Of a stretch of 26,603 nt of DNA, positions 19,838 through 26,603 are shown piece by piece (position 1 is the first letter of the stretch; every line of letters starts with the position of its first letter). The translations under genes and the position numbers were made by a program. The notes under the pieces are model-generated. The model worked only from the letters and a program-made list of their open reading frames with translations. It was not told the DNA's origin and made no database searches. Where the stretch lies: the NCBI GenBank assembly GCA_023231475.1, contig JALJEE010002051.1:62001-88603 (forward strand), written 5' to 3'. This DNA is from Seison nebaliae. Its lineage: Eukaryota.

Positions 19838-20734
19838 ATGAAAGACAGTCTAAATGCATTCTCCATGTTACTTGCCGGATTAGGTGATGTCAATTTTCGT
19901 GAAGTACATATGCGTTTCATTTCCTTCTTTTCTCTCTTGGAAATTTGTTCTTTTTAGAAAAATTATTATTTCATGTTTTACTGCCACGAGTAAGTATTGA
20001 TGATTGGAATAATGTGTATAAGACAGCTGGATCAGCTATTCGTATGGAGAACCATGACGAGTTTATTTCGGTATACGGAAATTTATTGAACAATGACGAT
20101 GATCTTCTACCATTCGACACTTTGACTTATGATGAAATATATCCATTCTCCAATACATTGGAAGCATCGTTGAATTTCTATTGAAAAATTATTTAATCTT
20201 CTCTTTAGTTTGAGATATGGACCCGATTACGCCAAATATGATGAAGTTCAACAAATTTATCGGGAAGGACGAAACGACAGTCTCAATCTCATCTCATCAC
20301 CAACAGGTCGAAATAAATTGTTCAATAATCGGTTTATTGCCCTCTTCACTCCAGTGAAGAATATGGGACATAACTTTCTCACCGTCATCGATTTAGTCAA
20401 AGGCTACGTTATCGTTATTGATGGTGCTGAAGAGTATCGAGTGAAAGATGAGAGATTCGGATTGGAATTCGGAGAATTCCTTAGAGAATTGGCACGTCGA
20501 TTAGGCAAAGAGAATTTATTCGAAATACTTCATAATCGATCAATGGCATGGACATATCTGACACCCAAAGGTGCTGTTCAGAAAGATTATGTCAGTTGTT
20601 CATATTATGCAATGATCAATATGAAACATTTCGCTTATCGAACATTCTCTTCCTTCCGCAATCGTCATGTCTATCAACTCAAACTGATGTTGGCTTATGA
20701 AAAAATTAATAATCAACTCATGAAAATGATTTGA
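19838..20734 (+). CDS. Divergent Ulp1/SENP-like cysteine protease (peptidase C48). Exons 19838-19913, 19958-20168, 20209-20734; about 270 aa; start uncertain.
   Basis: FIALFTPVKNMGHNFLTVIDLVKGYVIVIDG resembles IFIP.....HW.L.VID.....I.YYDS. AVQKDYVSCSYY resembles PQQ.NG.DCG.F. FRNRHVYQLKLMLAYEKINNQLM resembles FTQ..MP..R.RM..EI....L. The His-Asp-Gln-Cys order is preserved. Introns 19914-19957 and 20169-20208 restore the frame. Confidence 0.72.
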
Positions 20735-21515
20735 ACATCATGTCTCTTATGTTCGAACTTAACAAAAATTATTATCCATTAATTGGGAAATATATTTAAT
20801 GTTCTTTCCAATGACGAACAATTTCAATATTTCTATTTTTTATAAATATTCAAATATGTTAAAGAATTCGTTTATCAATATATATATCGATATATGAAAA
20901 AAAAGTTTTTTCCCAAAGAAAATTTATTTTAACGTCACTCTAACTAACAGGAAATTAAAAAGATTTTTAATTGAAATTGAGAATATTATACAATTTTGAA
21001 ATTTCAATTCTAATAACAATTTGAATTGTTCATAGTCTATGTTATCGAATGATTTATGTAAATTTGTGTAATGGAAAATAAATTTGAGAGAATGTGGAAA
21101 AAATATTAATTTAAAAAATTTTTTCGAATTAATAAAATTCTCTCACGAAAGAATTTAGAGAAATTGTTTAATTTGAATTGAGATAAAGAATTAATAAATG
21201 AAAATTTTGAAATGTTTGACAATCGTTCTGACAGTTCGAAGTCTATTCGTGACATAAAAGAATTTTTAACTTTCGAACACGAAAAGATAAAATGGAGAAG
21301 AAAGAACAAGCATTAGAATTTGAATTGTTCCAGAAATAAAAAAGAAGAGGAGAAGGAGGAAGAAATGAAAGAAGAATCTCATCCCATCGAAATTGAATGA
21401 AACTAATGAGTATTTCTATTTCTCTTCTTTATAATTGATCTAGGTAAATATTTTAGAAACTAATTAATTTGTATTTTTGGAAGAAAATTTTTTTGCAATT
21501 TATTTCCACTCAACA

Positions 21516-22613
21516 ATGATTAATACAGTTATACTGAATAGTGGAGATCAGATGCCACTCATCGGATTGGGCACATGGCTCGTTTGAATTCTTCTATTTC
21601 TCATTTCATCACTTATTTATAAACGAATTTTAGTCTAAAACGAACGAAGTTGGCAAAGCCATCAAATTGGCTCTCCGACATGGTTATCGTCATATCGATT
21701 GTGCTTGGGTTTATGGAAATGAGAAGGAAGTGGGAACAGCGATCAAAGAAGCAATTGACGAATCTCGTTCACATTTACATCGTCGTCAACTCTTCATCAC
21801 TAGTAAAGTTGGGAATGATGTGAAAATGATTTTCATCTTTTTTTTTTAAGTTGTGGAATATTTTTCATGATCCGAAAAATGCACCTCTGGCGATTGGAGA
21901 GACGTTAAATAATTTGCAAATGGATTATGTTGATCTTTACTTGATTCATTGGCCAGTGAGTTTCCAATATACGGAATCGCATGAGAAATTCCCAACGGAT
22001 AAATCTGGAAAAATGATTTTTGGAGATGTGGATTTTAAGGAAACGTGGAAAGTTATTATTATTCTCTGATTTATAAATATCATTATTTTTCCATCAGTTC
22101 ATGGAAACGTTAAAGAAATCAGGGAAAGCGAAAAATATTGGATTGTCCAATTTCTCTATCGAACAAATCAAAGCGATTTGGGAGATAGCTGAAATTAAAC
22201 CGGCAGTACTCCAAATCGAACGACATCCATATTTACCTAATTTGGAATTGATCGAATTTTGCAAAGGGAAAGGAATAGCTATCACTGCTTATTCACCGTT
22301 TGGCAATCCGGACAATCCTTATACATCGGCTGATGTTCCACGTCCTGTCAACGACGCTGTCATCAAACGAATAGCGGAAGAACATAAAGTGACTCCAGGT
22401 AAAGTGTGTTTACGTTATCAGACGCAACAAGACATCGTCACCATTCCAAAGAGTACATCGGAGAATCATATTATTGAGAATTTCGATTCAATTAATTTCA
22501 ATTTGACTGTTGATGATATCAAAGAATTGAATTCATTAGAAACGAAAACCAGATTCTGTCACGTCACAAATTGGAATGCTTCGCCGAATTATCCTTTCCA
22601 TAAATCGTCATGA
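21516..22613 (+). CDS. Aldo-keto reductase, AKR1 type. Exons 21516-21581, 21634-21807, 21851-22051, 22098-22613; 318 aa.
   Basis: MPLIGLGTW, GYRHIDCAWVYGNEKEVG, LFITSK|LWN, DYVDLYLIHWP, KNIGLSNFS, PAVLQIERHPYL, TAYSPFG, VTIPKS, ENF. The catalytic tetrad Asp/Tyr/Lys/His is intact. Confidence 0.95.
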
Positions 22614-22762
22614 ATAATTCACATTTAATTTCTGTTTAGTTGCGAGAAAGATTTTAATTAGAAATAAAAATATGCTATTTATTACGATATTGAGAGAATC
22701 GATTTATTCACAATTCATCTCAAACATTTTCATTCAAATTTAAAATTTATTATCATTATAAA

Positions 22763-23077
22763 ATGTTCATCATCATTTCATTAATAACAGCCATCTCTCT
22801 TCATATGTGTGGAGGAGATTTCATCGTCAACAAACCACAAACACTTCCTGGCTCAATTTTCGAAGATGAAGGAATGTCATCTGTTGACAATTTGAACAAA
22901 AGACAGATCTTACCAGATCATCATCGATATAGAAGACAAATGCCACCAGCACCACCTACTACCACTCCAACAACAACAACAACAACAGCAAACGCTCCTG
23001 ATCTTTTGAAGTCTTCATATTTTATGGTGATTGGCAGTAATTTATTCATGGGAATTATGCAATATTTGTTTGTGTAG
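22763..23077 (+). CDS. Small orphan precursor: signal peptide, acidic pro-region, KR and RYRR sites, Pro/Thr-rich peptide, hydrophobic (GPI-like) tail
   Basis: 104-aa ORF with an AAA-ATG start, hydrophobic N- and C-termini, and ...NKR|QILPDHHRYRR|QMPPAPPTTTPTTTTTANA... Confidence 0.7.
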   Translation: MFIIISLITAISLHMCGGDFIVNKPQTLPGSIFEDEGMSSVDNLNKRQILPDHHRYRRQMPPAPPTTTPTTTTTTANAPDLLKSSYFMVIGSNLFMGIMQYLFV

Positions 23078-23511
23078 TATTCAATTGAATTTTAATGAAA
23101 TAATTTTATTAGAATTTTTGTGTTTATTTCAATTTTTTGGTGAATTGGTCGATGAATAAAATATTTTTGAGTTTCCATTAATTCGCCAATTGATTTATTT
23201 CTACTCTAATATAAAATATATCGCAATAACCTTAACTCCGAAACACAAAATTGTCCAAAATTTTTCCACTGATACTTCTCTCTCACAATTTCTCCTTTAA
23301 ATAATATTAAATTTGATTGATAAAAAATGAGAAAAAAATTCGATTTTATGATAAGCAAATTAGTAAGTAGTAATTGTCAAAAATTATAAGAAAAATTATA
23401 ATACTGTTGGAATTCCGAATAATGTTAATTACAATATAATTTAATTAATTTTCTAAGAAGAAGTAGTTGATGAGGAAACTGCAAAATGAGAATTTAATTG
23501 AATTGAATTTG

Positions 23512-23518
23512 TATAAAT
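23512..23518 (+). promoter_or_regulatory. Candidate TATA box (TATAAAT)
   Basis: 54 nt upstream of ATG 23566. A TATAAA also sits 54 nt upstream of ATG 24705 (at 24651). Confidence 0.35.
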
Positions 23519-23565
23519 ATTGAACAAATTCTTCGAATAATTCATCAATTCTTTAATTATCAAAA

Positions 23566-23933
23566 ATGAAAATCATATCAGTTATCGCTCTCGTGTTCGC
23601 CTTGTGCTTAGTGGGACAAGTGGTGGAAGCCGTTTGCTGCTTTTCTTTTAACTCCATTCTTCATTTATATAATAATAGATACCGGCCAATGGGAGACAAG
23701 GAGGTGGTAACATGCTCCAAACGATAATGAATATTCTCTTACAATTTTGGAATGGACTTAAGGCTCGTTTCGGTGGAGAAGGCTCATTTGGATCTGGTTT
23801 CACATCCGATCAATCAGTCGAAGGAACAATCGATCATACACTCGGTATCTCATCTGATACAACAGGTAAAGCAGGTGGTGAATTTGAAGGAATCCATGAA
23901 GGTAATGTTGGTGGTGATTTCGGCTGGTATTAG
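23566..23933 (+). CDS. Secreted glycine-rich orphan peptide. Exons 23566-23631, 23679-23933; 106 aa.
   Basis: Exon 1 is a complete signal peptide, MKIISVIALVFALCLVGQVVEA. Intron 23632-23678 (GTTTGC..TAG, phase 0) joins it to IPANGRQGGGN-MLQTIMN...GGDFGWY*. An AATAAA lies near 24017. Confidence 0.8.
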
Positions 23934-24704
23934 GTATTAGACCTGGTATTGAATTGTCACAGACCGAACTTAAATAGTTGACTATATCATATTTTCAATT
24001 CTCCCTTTAATAGTCTAATAAAATTTTAATATTTCTTCCAATTAACTATCGTGATTTTTTAATATTCATCTATCAATTACCCGATAGGGATTTACATCTA
24101 TAATAAAAAAAAATTCATTTTGGAGTATGGAACGATTATTAGCAATTATAATTATTATTATTCTTTATCTAAAATTCACATGAGGATAAATGAAAAAAAA
24201 GTGAGAAAAAATTCGTAGACTGAAAATCTTTTAAATGTTACAATTATCCAAATTTAATGATCCTTAAACAGACATTTCTATTAAGAAAAAAAACTTTTAT
24301 CATTAAATCATTTAAAAGATCAATTTACAAATGAAAAAAAAATTCTTCATGCGTATTTCCTCCACTATTCTTCGTCAATTAAGTAGAAAAACTTTGTTTG
24401 TGACAATATATCTCGAAATCGAAAGGGATATTTCCATACTACGAAATTTATTTTTTGAACAACAAACTTCATATTTGGTGCAATTCGTCCTCATAATTGT
24501 TTGTCTTTGGAGACATATTCTTCATGTTTAATCGGAAAGTCGATTTTAAGAAGTTCTTTACAAATTCAGCTGGAAAAAAAATAAGTTTACGAAAACATAA
24601 TTTCCTATTTATAATCGATCAATCGATTACGACCATATCGCAAACTCGATTATAAACTTTCGTAATAAAAAGAATTTTCAACAAAAATATAAGAAATATC
24701 AAAA

Positions 24705-24995
24705 ATGAAATTAATACTCTTATTATTTTTAGTTATCACAACTTTCCAAAAGATCAAAATGAATATGATTGTTGATGAACCAAATCGATTATCTCCAGAA
24801 TTTGTACAAGAATCGAGAGATGACAGAGATTTGGACATCGGTGACATCGTAGATGAGCGAAATAGTTCGGTTATCTATCGATTTAAACGACAAGAAGGAA
24901 CAGAGGGTACCCCAGTCAACGGTGCAAATATTCGAGAATTTTCAATTATCATTCTTCTTGTCTGTCATCAGTTGATTCGATACATCAAAAATTAA
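24705..24995 (+). CDS. Small orphan precursor: signal peptide, acidic pro-region, RFKR site, about 10-aa peptide, hydrophobic (GPI-like) tail
   Basis: 96-aa ORF MKLILLLFLVITTF...DDRDLDIGDIVDE...YRFKR|QEGTEGTPVNGA..FSIIILLVC; AAA-ATG start and upstream TATAAA. Confidence 0.68.
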   Translation: MKLILLLFLVITTFQKIKMNMIVDEPNRLSPEFVQESRDDRDLDIGDIVDERNSSVIYRFKRQEGTEGTPVNGANIREFSIIILLVCHQLIRYIKN

Positions 24996-26603
24996 TACGA
25001 AAATCAAGAAGAAAAATTCTCTATTTTTAAAAATGATATTAAATCCACATTATGTTCGCTTATTCTTTTTCTTCTTCGACCAGTTAATGAAACATTTTCC
25101 AATATTAATCGATATCAATGATTTCTCAATGAATCATGTTCATTGTCGAACAAATGTATTTCAAGATATAAAATTTGATTCAATATTTTCTTTCCTATTT
25201 CATTTTCTACATTACTATATGAAATATTATAGTATTAATATCATAAGTTGGATATCTATTTTATTTATATAGTTATGATGAATGATGATATTATTGAAAC
25301 ATGTTTCTACATCGGAATCTTGCGTAGATTACAAATTTACTAACCGATTTTCCTGGAAGGTCGAATTTTTTCAGAAAAAACAATTTTCTAATTTTTTGGT
25401 ACATTTTTTTCAAATGAAAAATTTAAGCTCTAATATTCGAAAAATTGAAACAATTATTATTCTAATTCTATTTATTAAATTTTAAAAGTTACAAAATTCA
25501 ATTTACTGAAAGCTTAATATTTAATTATTTTATAGACCAGTATCCATGCAGAACATGTTAACAAATGAAGCTTCAACTTGAAACTTTTTAAGTCTCACTA
25601 TTCTATACTGGAATATTGAACAGGTATAACAGAATAAAGTGAAAAAGTAAAAATCCTATTACCAACGAATGCATGGGCGCAACAAGTTCTATTGAAATCG
25701 AAGAAGACGATGGGAATATTCAAGATCGAGAAAAGATGAAGGACAACAATTGACCGATACCTAATGTACCAATTGTGGTTGCAAGAAGAAAAAATGGTTT
25801 CCTTCTATTTTTGCTGGAAATAAACCGCACAACGAGCCCTTTCGGATATGAGTTCAATTGAGGAGATTTCCTCGATGTTTGACAAATTCGATCGGAAGCG
25901 GACGAGAAACCGGTAAAATTCTACAGCAATTGGTCAAAGATTTTTTCGGTCAGAAATATCTGAAAAGGAAAAGGATGTTCAGTTTGGTTCTGTAATATGC
26001 TGTTCCTCTTTGGACGCTATTGGGGAACCATCTGAAGTGTCCCAAATTTCAATTGAGACAACGGTAAATGGCGATCGTATATTAATTCGCAAATGGAATT
26101 CGATAAAATATGTGGAATTTCAAGTAAATGTCAGATTTACTCAAGATCTCTCAATTGTTTAAATGAAAATATGAAGATCGCAAATCAGCTTTCGATACTT
26201 GGAGATTCAACTATGGGGATATTGATATATGGGGGAATATCTAGTTTGATGAATTGATCGATTTGGTGAGATCGCCTTGAGATTATTTCACTCGTTTGTC
26301 ATATTTATGAAACTCTCTCATTCACAATTTTTTCTGATTATTTTTTAATCTTGAATATTATTATTGAATTATTTGCTTGTTTATTCTTATGTAAAATAAA
26401 TTTGAACAAAGATTTTATTTTTTTTGTTTCTTTCATAATTTTATTATTATTATTTATTGTTCAAATTCCCGCCGGGATAAAGAAGAAAAAAGACAAAAAA
26501 ATTTTTTATCATCCCCAATATCGATCAAGCGGTGTAACTCCGCAAGAGATACTAGGTCGATTGGTAGCGATGAAGCCGAGTCATATGTCAAAATGAAATT
26601 TTT

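Noticed and set aside
24331..26596. Hydrophobic ORFs at 24331, 25033, 25282 and 26351
   Set aside because: F/I/L/K/N-rich translations expected from AT-rich non-coding DNA; no motifs or splice support.
1..26603. Prokaryotic systems (CRISPR, operons, IS elements), tRNA/rRNA/snRNA genes or transposases
   Set aside because: The sequence is intron-containing eukaryotic DNA. I saw no repeat-spacer array, terminal inverted repeats, RT/transposase motifs or recognisable structured RNA, though a covariance-model search was not possible.

Overview
AT-rich nuclear DNA from an animal with a compact genome and very short (40-73 nt) spliceosomal introns; the species cannot be identified from the sequence alone. 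In order, the window holds: the 3' part of a broad-minded/TBC1D32 gene (+); a multi-exon orphan single-pass membrane protein gene (-); an intronless dynactin p62 gene (DCTN4, -); a 6-kb intronless KDM6/UTX-like gene (-); a 7-exon annexin (-); a tiny secreted single-EGF peptide (+); a divergent Ulp1/SENP-type (C48) protease (+); an AKR1-type aldo-keto reductase (+); and three small orphan secreted or surface-peptide genes (+). The most striking pattern is that every intron I could place starts with GTT rather than GTR. This holds for 11 of 11 introns in three homology-identified genes and for about 10 more placed by reading frame, with almost no exonic -1G, which suggests a lineage-wide rewiring of 5' splice-site recognition. 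Other highlights are a KDM6/UTX homolog that has lost all three Fe(II) ligands, and two genes with a signal peptide / acidic pro-piece / furin site / Gln / mini-peptide / GPI-like tail layout. All family assignments come from motif recognition by eye, not database searches.
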